From: a virus
Lineage: Duplodnaviria; Caudoviricetes
Strand: one strand, 5' to 3'
Length of the DNA: 27,798 nt
Virus record (IMG/VR): IMGVR_UViG_3300026260_000024
Coordinates: 1 to 27,798 of that record
Shown: positions 1 through 7,489 of the stretch, piece after piece
Numbering within the stretch: position 1 is the stretch's first letter
How the letters are laid out: each line of letters starts with the position of its first letter
The notes under the pieces: model-generated
What the model was told of the DNA's origin: nothing
Database searches by the model: none
The model's input: only the letters and a program-made list of their open reading frames with translations
Program-made: the position numbers and the translations under genes

Positions 1-133
1 CACGACCTAACAAATAAGTGTTATTTTTTAGGGTCAATAACTATCTAGGGTCGAAAAAATTTCGTGAAAAGGGGTGTTTTCTCCGGTGCGAAAATCGGCA
101 AAAACACGAAAACTTCAGGGTCAATTTGACAAT

Positions 134-160
134 AAAAAAACGGAAAGGTTTCCCTTTCCG
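134..160 (-). terminator. Intrinsic terminator after gene 171..554
   Basis: Hairpin CGGAAAGG-tttc-CCTTTCCG (141-160) with an A-tract on the left, which is a U-tract on the minus strand. Confidence 0.8.
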
Positions 161-170
161 CCTTTGGTTG

Positions 171-554
171 TTATGAGAGCAGCCTATCTGAATCCACCTG
201 CTGCTCGGCTTCACTCTGTATGGCTTCATCGTACCACCGCGCAGGGTTCCAACTGTCGTTGTATCCCTTTTGGTAAAAGGGCTTTAACCAATTCTCAATG
301 TCCGAGACTGACACGGTTTCAGGGTCAACTTTATTGCCGTCCTCATCTTCGATTTTGTCGATGCTGATGATGCCGTTGTTGCCAATTTCAACCTCTATCA
401 GAACATCGGTTCCCCGCGCACCCCAAAACTCATATGGGCCGATTCCATTGTCAACCATTTCAGCGTCATACCCAACGGTGACTTCAACGCTATACAGTTT
501 GCCGTTCTTTTCAACTTCCTCAAAGAGATGTTCAAATTCGTAGTCGTAGCTCAT
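171..554 (-). CDS. Acidic hypothetical phage protein (127 aa)
   Basis: ORF with its own promoter directly upstream and a terminator downstream. Confidence 0.85.
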   Translation of the reverse strand: MSYDYEFEHLFEEVEKNGKLYSVEVTVGYDAEMVDNGIGPYEFWGARGTDVLIEVEIGNNGIISIDKIEDEDGNKVDPETVSVSDIENWLKPFYQKGYNDSWNPARWYDEAIQSEAEQQVDSDRLLS

Positions 555-561
555 GGTTCTT

Positions 562-605
562 ATAGTACAGGGTTTTATTTTTATTACAAGAAAAAGTTAT
601 TCACA
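562..605 (-). promoter_or_regulatory. Sigma70-type promoter (TTGTAA-16-TACTAT) with upstream DnaA-box-like TTATTCACA
   Basis: -35 at 589-584; -10 at 567-562, 7 nt before ATG 554; box at 597-605. Confidence 0.75.
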
Positions 606-621
606 GTTTCAGGGTCAAATA

Positions 622-906
622 TCACAGCGTGAACTGTTCAGGTTTGGGGCGGAGTTCAGGACAAGTTGATTTGTTGTGTCCTTTTGGATCTAGTATACCG
701 TAGCAATTACTGCACTTGTAAGTTTTCCTTTGCTTCTTTTCAGGGTCGAAAATACTGGGTGCTCCAGTTACTTGCACCTCGTAATTAAAGCCAGCCACAT
801 AGCTCGGCTCGGACAATTTGATTACTTTTGCCTTCGCTCCCTTTTGCCTTTGTGATTTGGCCCAGAGGTCTGCTCCTCTTTTAGTGAAGAAAAAATTATT
901 ATTCAT
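622..906 (-). CDS. Hypothetical protein with C-terminal zinc-knuckle-like motif (CxxC...GH...C)
   Basis: YKCSNC...KGHNKSTCP; the ATG overlaps the stop of the upstream ORF (TAATG). Confidence 0.75.
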   Translation of the reverse strand: MNNNFFFTKRGADLWAKSQRQKGAKAKVIKLSEPSYVAGFNYEVQVTGAPSIFDPEKKQRKTYKCSNCYGILDPKGHNKSTCPELRPKPEQFTL

Positions 907-1076
907 TATTCTCCCATGAAGTTAATGTCTTGCCAAACTTGGGAATCCCATTCTTCGACACCGGAAGAATTGGTTCCCCAGAGTTCCCACGCTTCCTCTG
1001 GTTGGACTTGGATTAGGTCGCGCAGTTCATCCTGCGGGTTAACTTTTGAGTTTGGGTTGTTCGTATCGCTCATCAT
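906..1076 (-). CDS. Small acidic Trp-rich hypothetical protein (56 aa, not in the ORF track)
   Basis: MMSDTNNPNSKVNPQDELRDLIQVQPEEAWELWGTNSSGVEEWDSQVWQDINFMGE; -10 box 6 nt upstream; coupled to the next gene. Confidence 0.75.
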   Translation of the reverse strand: MMSDTNNPNSKVNPQDELRDLIQVQPEEAWELWGTNSSGVEEWDSQVWQDINFMGE

Positions 1077-1082
1077 GTTTTT

Positions 1083-1137
1083 ATTAAACTATAGATTCGT
1101 TTTTATTGCAAGAAAAAACTTCGCAGAGTTATTCACA
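1083..1137 (-). promoter_or_regulatory. Promoter TTGCAA-17-TTTAAT plus TTATTCACA box
   Basis: -35 at 1111-1106; -10 at 1088-1083; box at 1129-1137. Confidence 0.75.
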
Positions 1138-1380
1138 AAGCCTAGCTAATTTAGGGTCGAATTTTTCTAACTCTTTCAAGCTCTTTTCCTTTTCCCTCTG
1201 CCCTTGACAAAAATCAGCAATCTTACGGTGAACGAGATCTTCGATGTCCTGCTCTTTGTAAGTAGCGTATCTAGGGTCAATTCCCTCAGAGTAAATGTTT
1301 TTATCCTGAAAGTATTGGTGGATTTCGTTGTTGATTTCTTTGATTAGGCCGAAAACTTCGGATCTTTGTTTGTAGTTCAT
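1129..1380 (-). CDS. Hypothetical protein (83 aa)
   Basis: ORF with upstream TTGAAA/AATAAT promoter-like elements and variant box TGATTCACA (1422-1430). Confidence 0.75.
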   Translation of the reverse strand: MNYKQRSEVFGLIKEINNEIHQYFQDKNIYSEGIDPRYATYKEQDIEDLVHRKIADFCQGQREKEKSLKELEKFDPKLARLCE

Positions 1381-1425
1381 ATATTTAATTATTCAGGGTC
1401 GAATTAGTTTCTTTCAAGGATTGAT

Positions 1426-1674
1426 TCACAGTTGATCTTCGTGGCAGCAGCCTTGCCAATCCTCCTCTGCTGGGGTGTTTTGGGGGGTTCCGTCGATGGT
1501 GAGCTTGCCAACGGAATTTCCATTGACATCAAGAGCAAAAACCGCGTCACCGACATGAGCGATGCTGTGCCACTCAACGTCTTCAGCCACCTTCCTCAAT
1601 ATGCGAGCCAGTTCGACTGCGGGTTGATTCTCAAACGCTGCGTTGTCCATCTTGATCTTAAAGTTCGCTTCCAT
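1426..1674 (-). CDS. Small phage protein (DNAAFE...ELARILR...DVNGNSVG type); start reassigned to ATG 1674
   Basis: Promoter TTGTAA(1709-1704)-17-TTCAAT(1686-1681) ends 6 nt before ATG 1674; pattern resembles a widespread uncharacterised phage family (recognised from memory). Confidence 0.8.
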   Translation of the reverse strand: MEANFKIKMDNAAFENQPAVELARILRKVAEDVEWHSIAHVGDAVFALDVNGNSVGKLTIDGTPQNTPAEEDWQGCCHEDQL

Positions 1675-1735
1675 TTGTTTATTGAACACTAAATTCGTTT
1701 TCGTTACAAGAATAAAATTACAAAGTTATTAACAA

Positions 1736-2068
1736 TTAATCTCCCCACAGTTGCGTTTCAGGGTCGAATTCACCGTCGCAATTCTCTGCCAGAGGTGTTG
1801 CGCCTTTTTTGATGCCGATCCGAAAAACGGAGTTGCACCTGTAATCTTCCGTTGGGCCGACGTAGGTGATCTCGAAACCTTCGGTCTCGTTGTGGAAGCG
1901 AACGGGATAACCGCCCTCTCGGAAGTCATTGTCTTCGAGCGGCTTCACACCTTGACGCAGCAACGCAGCGTACTGGGATAAAACATTGGCAACTTCCTCG
2001 TTGTCCATTGCGTCGTTGATAGTTAGCTCGGCGGCTCCATCCATTTTCATATCTAGTACTGAATACAT
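1736..2068 (-). CDS. Hypothetical protein; start reassigned to ATG 2068
   Basis: Promoter TTGCAA(2103-2098)-17-TTTAAT(2080-2075) lies within the longer ORF-track call and ends 6 nt before ATG 2068. Confidence 0.8.
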   Translation of the reverse strand: MYSVLDMKMDGAAELTINDAMDNEEVANVLSQYAALLRQGVKPLEDNDFREGGYPVRFHNETEGFEITYVGPTEDYRCNSVFRIGIKKGATPLAENCDGEFDPETQLWGD

Positions 2069-2119
2069 GCGTTTATTAAACAGTGAAAACGATTTCATTG
2101 CAAGAATTATTTTCGTTAT

Positions 2120-2258
2120 TTATTCCCAGCTTATTCACAACCTAACAAATAAGAGCAGCTTTCAGGGTCAAAAGCGCCAGCTTTTTCACGACCTAACAAA
2201 TAAAGCGCTTTATCAGGGTCAAATCTATCTAGGGTCGAAGACCTATTCAGGGTCGAAA
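2120..2258. repeat. Intergenic spacer module: DnaA-like boxes, two CACRACCTAACAAATAA units and four AGGGTCRA
   Basis: Box at 2131-2139; CAC(A/G)ACCTAACAAATAA at 2136 and 2187 (also 1-17); CTATCTAGGGTCGAA at 2225 (also 41 and 3155); AGGGTCGAAGACCTATTCAGGGTC at 2231 (also 4288). Confidence 0.9.
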
Positions 2259-2301
2259 AATGGGCGGCGTGGGAAAAAACCAAAAACCCACACCGCCCGT
2301 G
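2256..2301 (-). terminator. Probable terminator after the GP88-like gene
   Basis: Imperfect stem GGGCGG(C)GTGGG / CCCAC(A)CCGCCC followed by a short U-tract on the minus strand. Confidence 0.6.
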
Positions 2302-2313
2302 TTATGACGTAAT

Positions 2314-3018
2314 TTATAAAGCTTGCAAGGCTGCTGCTGCTTCGGATCCTTTTGGCTGGACTCCGTGAATTAGCAGTGCAAAGTCTTTTTTGCCATAAGC
2401 TGCGTGTTCGTCGTCTTGGTCAATTTCAAGCTTTTGCAATTGTGCTTCTTCTTTACTGAAGACAACTTTTGCTTCTTTGAGTGAAAGCTTTTTGATCATA
2501 TCGTCAAACTTGCCACCACGGGACGCAGTCAATACTAAATTTTCTGGTTTATCAATTCCAGAAATAATTTTCAAGCTCTTCGTGTACGAATAAAAAATCT
2601 TTTCGGGATTGCGCTTGGCAACTTCACACCACGCCAAAAAATAGTTGCGGGAAAAATAATCGCCTCCAACGTGGACGCGCACGATATCAAATTTTTTCGG
2701 CAAACTTTCGGTAATGAGATCCGCGCAAGCTTCCACACTCTTCTTTAGAGCATTCTTTATCAGGGTCAAATTGTGCCAAACTGATTCACGGAGAGAAGGA
2801 AAAACCGCCTCAAGTGAAGCCATGAAGCAGCGAAATTCTGTTTGCTTTCCGTCTTTGACTTTTCCGGTCGTCTTGTCAGCCTTTGCAAGGCAATCCTTTG
2901 CACCGGGGCAAGTGTGTCCACTTGGCAAGGTAAAGGTGATTAATTTCACACCGCGTTTGGCCTGTAGTTTTTTGAGCTTTGAATTTGGCTTTCCGAATTT
3001 TAGTTTGGCGTTTCTCAT
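2314..3018 (-). CDS. Gene product 88 (GP88)-like, radical-SAM-related phage protein
   Basis: TCPGA..C...C cysteine cluster, VRVHVGGDYFS..Y...W and FYSYTKS motifs typical of GP88-family proteins. Confidence 0.7.
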   Translation of the reverse strand: MRNAKLKFGKPNSKLKKLQAKRGVKLITFTLPSGHTCPGAKDCLAKADKTTGKVKDGKQTEFRCFMASLEAVFPSLRESVWHNLTLIKNALKKSVEACADLITESLPKKFDIVRVHVGGDYFSRNYFLAWCEVAKRNPEKIFYSYTKSLKIISGIDKPENLVLTASRGGKFDDMIKKLSLKEAKVVFSKEEAQLQKLEIDQDDEHAAYGKKDFALLIHGVQPKGSEAAAALQAL

Positions 3019-3111
3019 AACAGAAAAGAGAATAACAGATATTAATATTTAGGCAAGAATTATTTTCGTTATTCTATTCACAATTAAACTCTTTTTGGTA
3101 ATAAAAAACCA

Positions 3112-3140
3112 TTGACAAAATCTCGGCTTTTTGGTATCAT
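3112..3140 (+). promoter_or_regulatory. Near-consensus plus-strand sigma70 promoter TTGACA-17-TATCAT with extended TG
   Basis: TTGACA at 3112-3117; TGgTATCAT at 3132-3140; no credible plus-strand CDS downstream. Confidence 0.6.
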
Positions 3141-3187
3141 ATCAAATAAACACTCTATCTAGGGTCGAAAGCGTAGCTTTCAGGGTC

Positions 3188-3222
3188 AAAAAAAGGAGGC
3201 CTCCCGCTGACGGAGACCTCCT
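3188..3222 (-). terminator. Intrinsic terminator
   Basis: Imperfect stem GGAGG(C)CTCC(C)G-ctga-CGGAG(A)CCTCC with an A-tract on the left. Confidence 0.7.
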
Positions 3223-3266
3223 CTGTTATGCACACCAACCAAAAAATCATTTTATTCAGGGGCGAA

Positions 3267-3329
3267 TTATTCTTGACATATTTTTTCCAGTATATAAAAG
3301 ACAAGTACGAAGATTAAAATCTCCGTCAT
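3267..3329 (-). CDS. Putative 20-aa hydrophobic micropeptide MTEILIFVLVFYILEKICQE
   Basis: ATGA overlap with the stop of 3326..3514; similar to the micro-ORF at 7776..7826. Confidence 0.45.
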   Translation of the reverse strand: MTEILIFVLVFYILEKICQE

Positions 3330-3514
3330 AAGCTGACGGAGTATTGATGTTGATATTTAGAATTTGCCGAATATTGAACTGGCTCCTCCTCTTTCAGGGT
3401 CGAATTTTCCTCATCGATTTCCCTGTGAATGTCCCGCAGCATTTCCATACCAACGGCCCATAATTTCCACGACTCAAGTTCGCGCTCTGCTCTCGTTTGT
3501 GTTTGTTCGCTCAT
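3326..3514 (-). CDS. Hypothetical protein (62 aa)
   Basis: Promoter TGGACA(3552-3547)-17-TAGATT(3529-3524); box at 3570-3578. Confidence 0.75.
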   Translation of the reverse strand: MSEQTQTRAERELESWKLWAVGMEMLRDIHREIDEENSTLKEEEPVQYSANSKYQHQYSVSL

Positions 3515-3573
3515 GACTTTGTAAATCTACACTAATTATTTTCGTATGTCCATGATTATTTTCGTAAAGTTAT

Positions 3574-3897
3574 TCACACCTCTACTTTTTCAGGGTCGAA
3601 TTTTCTGTTCGCTTCTGCCTCTAGGTCTGCCCAATCGAAAAATTTGGCAAACTCATCGTCGCGCACATCGGCGGGAATTGTCGCGCATTGATCCCATCCG
3701 CGAATGATGGATTGAAAGGCCAAGCCACCTTGGCATTTGAGGGAATTGACTACCGCGATAACGGTAGCGGCACGGTCAGGAGCATTCTCCACCACAAGCG
3801 TATTCCCGCCCTTAAATTTCCAGTAGTGGCATGGCTCGTCGTTGTGGATGCCGTAGTTCTCGATGTCTTGAATTTGGATGATGTAGTTCGTTTGCAT
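3574..3897 (-). CDS. Hypothetical phage protein (ENYG...YWKFKGG motif)
   Basis: Promoter TCGCAA-17-TTTAAT(3909-3904), 6 nt before ATG; box at 3940-3948. Confidence 0.8.
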   Translation of the reverse strand: MQTNYIIQIQDIENYGIHNDEPCHYWKFKGGNTLVVENAPDRAATVIAVVNSLKCQGGLAFQSIIRGWDQCATIPADVRDDEFAKFFDWADLEAEANRKFDPEKVEV

Positions 3898-3975
3898 GAT
3901 TAGATTAAATACTAAAATTGATTTGATTGCGAGAAAAAGTTATTCACAATTTCACATTGATTCAGGGTCGAATTT

Positions 3976-4179
3976 TCAGGCTACTCCTTCAAATCCGGCA
4001 CTATTCAAAGCTTCTTCTGCTGCTGCTTCCACCATATGCTGCCAATCTGCCTCATCGATTTCCTTCCACCAAAAACTGTGAAAATCAATATCTGGCAAAT
4101 CGTGGATCCCCATACCGCAGCGACCTTCAACTTGCGCGTCTACTTCTTGAATGAATTTTTTGAATGTAGTATTTCTCAT
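3976..4179 (-). CDS. Hypothetical phage protein (DLPD.DF motif, 67 aa)
   Basis: Promoter TTGTAT(4217-4212)-17-TTTAAT(4194-4189); box at 4225-4233. Confidence 0.8.
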   Translation of the reverse strand: MRNTTFKKFIQEVDAQVEGRCGMGIHDLPDIDFHSFWWKEIDEADWQHMVEAAAEEALNSAGFEGVA

Positions 4180-4327
4180 AACGCGTTTATTAAATCACAG
4201 AATCGTTTTTGATACAATAAAAACTTATTCACAATCCGCCCACAATTTTGTGAACAAGTCAAATAATGAAGCATTTCAGGGTCAATCAGGGTCGAAGACC
4301 TATTCAGGGTCAAATTTTTTGGGCAAC

Positions 4328-4355
4328 AAAAAACCACCCTAGTAGATAGGGTGGC
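4328..4355 (-). terminator. Intrinsic terminator
   Basis: CCACCCTA-gtaga-TAGGGTGG with an A6 tract on the left. Confidence 0.75.
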
Positions 4356-4380
4356 TTGCTTCCTCCTTGGGAATTTGAAT

Positions 4381-4992
4381 TTACATTTCTGCCAGCATCG
4401 CTTCCCGTGCGGTGGTTTGGATTTCTGGCAATCCTTCAATTTTCACTACGTCAGAGAATTTCACTCTGGAGGTGAAAAATGGGATCTCAACGCGTCCGGT
4501 GCTAGTATAAACGGACGGTGCGCTTTTCCCCTTGGCGTAAAGGTGACTTGCGAATGTTTCAGGGTCGATTTTTTCACCGTTCAAACTGTATCGCGTAAAC
4601 AGATTGCGCTCACCATACCACCGGAGCAATTGAATATAGCTTTGCTCTTTGTGGCCAATGTTTGCACGGGTATCGCCTTGGCGTGTTCCCCATGAGCCTT
4701 TGCCCTTCCATGTTCCCGCGTCAGGATGATTGATCTTGGCAAGGTAGCGATTGACGGCAGCGGGATAATCCACGTTTGCCAATCCGGTCATTTTCCAAGT
4801 TTTGACAATGCCGTGTAATTCGCTTGGCGTGTTCAATTTGAAATCGCCTTTGGTTCCCCAAGGGGTTTGGCCAACGTACAATTCGCGTTGCAGGGAAACT
4901 GAGATTGCCCTTGCTCCAAGTATGGCCAAGGATTCCACGCGGGAAACAAAATCTGTTTCTTCGCGTCCGATAGTGAATGAATACTGTTGCAT
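4381..4992 (-). CDS. Hypothetical phage protein (203 aa), diverged paralogue of 7826..8440
   Basis: Promoter TAGACT-18-TATAAT(5007-5002); box at 5039-5047; shared Y...R..WG.R..H...Y...IDPE pattern. Confidence 0.85.
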   Translation of the reverse strand: MQQYSFTIGREETDFVSRVESLAILGARAISVSLQRELYVGQTPWGTKGDFKLNTPSELHGIVKTWKMTGLANVDYPAAVNRYLAKINHPDAGTWKGKGSWGTRQGDTRANIGHKEQSYIQLLRWYGERNLFTRYSLNGEKIDPETFASHLYAKGKSAPSVYTSTGRVEIPFFTSRVKFSDVVKIEGLPEIQTTAREAMLAEM

Positions 4993-5106
4993 AACGCGGG
5001 TATTATAGTCAGAAATTTTTTCGAAAGTCTAGAAATACTTATTCACAATTCCCCACCTTTTTGTGAACAAGTCAAATAAACACTTTTTTAGGGTCAATTA
5101 GGGTCG

Positions 5107-5131
5107 AAAAAAAGAGGGGCTTTCGCCCCCT
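5107..5131 (-). terminator. Intrinsic terminator (GAAA tetraloop on the minus strand)
   Basis: A-tract followed by AGAGGGGC-tttc-GCCCCCT. Confidence 0.75.
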
Positions 5132-5133
5132 GT

Positions 5134-5619
5134 TTAGAACTCCTGAGGCGTGAACCTTTCCTGCTCGTCAACGTAAACGTAAGGCTCTCCACCACACACC
5201 TCCCCCTCACCAGCAGATGGCACTGGCTCTGGGCAAGTTTCAGAAAACATAAATGTTCCGCCGCAGGAATCGGACACATGGGTGTTTTCTTGTTCATGCT
5301 GTTTGAGCTTGATAATTTCAACCATGCGCTCAGCAAGGAAATCGCCGTCCCAACTAGCATTTAGCCAATCAAGGGCCTTGATGATAACTCCCCCACAATC
5401 ATCCCGCCTCACCATTCCGTGCAATTCCTCGGTTAACTGGTGGGACGTTTTTACAAGTTGAAGGTCGCTCAATGGAGCCATGACGATAGGAGCGTCAGGC
5501 CATTTCACCCATGCGCCATGTGGAGCTTCCCCCTGCTCAGCGATAAGATCCCTGATGACTCCGATACCGTTGCCTGTGCCGTTGCGCGTTACTCTCGAAC
5601 CGATTTTAATGTTGTTCAT
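5134..5619 (-). CDS. Hypothetical protein (161 aa) with an SH3/KOW-like N-terminus
   Basis: IKIGSRV...GIGVI...VKW pattern; terminator immediately downstream. Confidence 0.75.
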   Translation of the reverse strand: MNNIKIGSRVTRNGTGNGIGVIRDLIAEQGEAPHGAWVKWPDAPIVMAPLSDLQLVKTSHQLTEELHGMVRRDDCGGVIIKALDWLNASWDGDFLAERMVEIIKLKQHEQENTHVSDSCGGTFMFSETCPEPVPSAGEGEVCGGEPYVYVDEQERFTPQEF

Positions 5620-5760
5620 TTTTTTGTATGTGTGTTGTGTGCCTGTTGCACTGTTAGTGTGAGCGGATAGGGTAGCATATTTTCATTGTAAAAATCAATA
5701 CATGTGAATAAGTTTTAATAAGTAAATAACTTGACGGATTTGCCAGCTTTTCGTAGACTA

Positions 5761-5826
5761 GTCAAATAAGGGCTTCTTTCAGGGGCAAAACCCACTACGT
5801 GGGCTTTGACCCTAGAAGGGTCAAAA
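5761..5826. repeat. 66-bp structured spacer element, copy 1
   Basis: 3 mismatches versus copy 2 (6582-6647). Confidence 0.95.
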
Positions 5827-5849
5827 AAAAGGAGGCCCGAAGGCCTCCC
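5823..5849 (-). terminator. Intrinsic terminator (cUUCGg loop)
   Basis: A8 tract, then GGAGGCC-cgaa-GGCCTCC. Confidence 0.85.
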
Positions 5850-5864
5850 AGTGAGCAACACACT

Positions 5865-6137
5865 TTACAAGTCATTTACTGGCGTTGGCTTAAAGTAGAG
5901 ATCCCTTTCAATTTTGGGACCCATGCTTTCCAACTCGGCAAGACTGAAATAACCAAGCTCTTTGTCAAAGCCGTCCACCAATCCGAAAAAGGTGTCCTTA
6001 CCGTCAAACTCTGTGGCGTACCACGTCCAATCCGCAAACGGAGTGAAGAACTTGACAATTGCCTTGGGGTCAGGGTTGTTTTCATTTGTATATAATGCGG
6101 GGAGTTGCTTTCTGATTTCTTGAGTGAGTAATTTCAT
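5865..6137 (-). CDS. DUF2958-family protein
   Basis: KFFTP...WTWYATE.DG...FGLVDG...ELGYFSL.EL pattern; CATAAT -10 box 6 nt before ATG. Confidence 0.8.
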   Translation of the reverse strand: MKLLTQEIRKQLPALYTNENNPDPKAIVKFFTPFADWTWYATEFDGKDTFFGLVDGFDKELGYFSLAELESMGPKIERDLYFKPTPVNDL

Positions 6138-6191
6138 TTGATTATTATGTAAAAGGCGATTGCGAATATTATTATTTCGATCATTGGAATC

Positions 6192-6213
6192 GGGGAGGCC
6201 CGAAGGCCTCCCC
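6192..6213 (-). terminator. GC hairpin with cUUCGg loop but no U-tract (weak terminator or stabilising stem)
   Basis: GGGGAGGCC-cgaa-GGCCTCCCC; same core as 5831-5848. Confidence 0.55.
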
Positions 6214-6220
6214 TGTTGTA

Positions 6221-6493
6221 TTAGGCAGAGGGAACCAATTCTTTGCCGTGATACTTTTCCAAGAATGAGTAATATTGCTCTTGGATATTTTCAGGAGCGA
6301 AGTAATCCCGCGCATGATTCAGCCAAGCGTAATTTACATCTGGGCTGTTTTGGTTTTTGATGCTGTATAAAAGGTAGGCCTCGGTTTTGGCCACCTTGTG
6401 TTCAACGCCTTGACGCTTCCGCATTTTGATATGGTTAGTTACTGCGGCTGCTAGTCGGGCGTTCCGATTGTGGTGTAGTTTCAAGTTGCTCAT
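6221..6493 (-). CDS. Hypothetical protein (90 aa)
   Basis: Promoter TAGACA(6531-6526)-17-TAAGTT(6508-6503); box at 6549-6557. Confidence 0.8.
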   Translation of the reverse strand: MSNLKLHHNRNARLAAAVTNHIKMRKRQGVEHKVAKTEAYLLYSIKNQNSPDVNYAWLNHARDYFAPENIQEQYYSFLEKYHGKELVPSA

Positions 6494-6581
6494 AACAATT
6501 AAAACTTACAGCAATTTGTTTCGTATGTCTACAAATACCTTCGAAAAGTTATTCACAATTTGCCCACCTTTTTGTGGATAG

Positions 6582-6647
6582 GTCAAATAATGGTTTCTTT
6601 CAGGGGCAAAACCCACTACGTGGGTTTTGACCCTAGAAGGGTCAAAA
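6582..6647. repeat. 66-bp structured spacer element, copy 2
   Basis: 6583-6647 is identical to 7380-7444: TCAAATAATGGTTTCTTTCAGGGGCAAAACCCACTACGTGGGTTTTGACCCTAGAAGGGTCAAAA. Confidence 0.95.
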
Positions 6648-6673
6648 AAAAGACGCCGCCCGAAGGCGACGTT
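6644..6673 (-). terminator. Intrinsic terminator (cUUCGg loop)
   Basis: A8 tract, then GACG(C)CGCC-cgaa-GGCG(A)CGTT. Confidence 0.75.
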
Positions 6674-6696
6674 GGTGATTCTGAGGATCCCCAGAT

Positions 6697-7026
6697 CTAA
6701 CTTGGGAATCGCTCGGCCATGTAGAGATCCTTTTCCTTACCCGTTAGCTCTTTGGTGTATGCGCTTGGCGCACCACCGGATGACTTGGGCAGGGATCCCA
6801 TCCCACCGAATCCGGCGCAGATCGGGATGTCGTGGCAGATGACGTGCCAGATGTCGCCATCCGTAACGTGATCCATGTCTTGCGCCCATTGGATCCAATC
6901 CTTTAGATCGGTGTAGAGGCGGCATGTCTCGGCCCTCTCTACGTTGCCATCAAGGTCATCGAGGATCGATTGAATCGTTCCCAACGTGTCCTTGATCCGT
7001 TGCTGTGTTAGTTGTATGTCGCTCAT
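6697..7026 (-). CDS. Hypothetical protein (109 aa)
   Basis: ORF 4 nt downstream of 7031..7300; terminator follows. Confidence 0.8.
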   Translation of the reverse strand: MSDIQLTQQRIKDTLGTIQSILDDLDGNVERAETCRLYTDLKDWIQWAQDMDHVTDGDIWHVICHDIPICAGFGGMGSLPKSSGGAPSAYTKELTGKEKDLYMAERFPS

Positions 7027-7030
7027 GATC

Positions 7031-7300
7031 TTATTGGTTAGCTTTGTAGTCGTCCACGTTCATTGACCAGACTGAATCAACAATTTTACCCTTTGGGCTA
7101 ACTTCTACGATCTCAAGGCCACCGATAATGATGTTCTCTTCTGTGGCAATACGCAAGAGAGATCCAGCCTCGACTAAAAACCTGTTGAAGGTTTCGCGAG
7201 TCTTAGCACCAGACTCGTAGAGATCACCCAAGAACCAGAGTTCATAGGTGGGTTGCTTGTTGTCTTCTTTATTCTTTTGATTTGGTTGTATGTCGCTCAT
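7031..7300 (-). CDS. Hypothetical protein (89 aa)
   Basis: Promoter TCGGCA(7338-7333)-17-TAGTCT(7315-7310); box at 7346-7354. Confidence 0.8.
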   Translation of the reverse strand: MSDIQPNQKNKEDNKQPTYELWFLGDLYESGAKTRETFNRFLVEAGSLLRIATEENIIIGGLEIVEVSPKGKIVDSVWSMNVDDYKANQ

Positions 7301-7378
7301 AACGATGTGAGACTAGTCTAAAATCGTTTCTATGCCGAGAAAAAGTTATTCACAAAATCGCCACCTTTTTGTTAATAA

Positions 7379-7444
7379 CTCAAATAATGGTTTCTTTCAG
7401 GGGCAAAACCCACTACGTGGGTTTTGACCCTAGAAGGGTCAAAA
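7379..7444. repeat. 66-bp structured spacer element, copy 3
   Basis: 65 bp identical to copy 2. Confidence 0.95.
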
Positions 7445-7455
7445 TTTTTTTAGAT

Positions 7456-7483
7456 AAAAAACGGGAGGGCTTTCGCCCTCCCG
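7456..7483 (-). terminator. Intrinsic terminator (GAAA loop)
   Basis: A6 tract, then CGGGAGGGC-tttc-GCCCTCCCG; the same hairpin recurs at 7750-7770 without a U-tract. Confidence 0.85.
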
Positions 7484-7489
7484 CCACAC

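Noticed and set aside
3273-3300. Second plus-strand promoter at TTGACA 3273
   Set aside because: No convincing -10 box at 16-18 bp spacing
1-7444. CRISPR array
   Set aside because: Repeats are separated by whole genes at irregular distances of hundreds of bp; there are no constant-length spacers and no cas genes
5761-7444. Integron attC cassette array
   Set aside because: No RYYYAAC/GTTRRRY ends and no integrase in the window; the genes carry their own promoters and terminators
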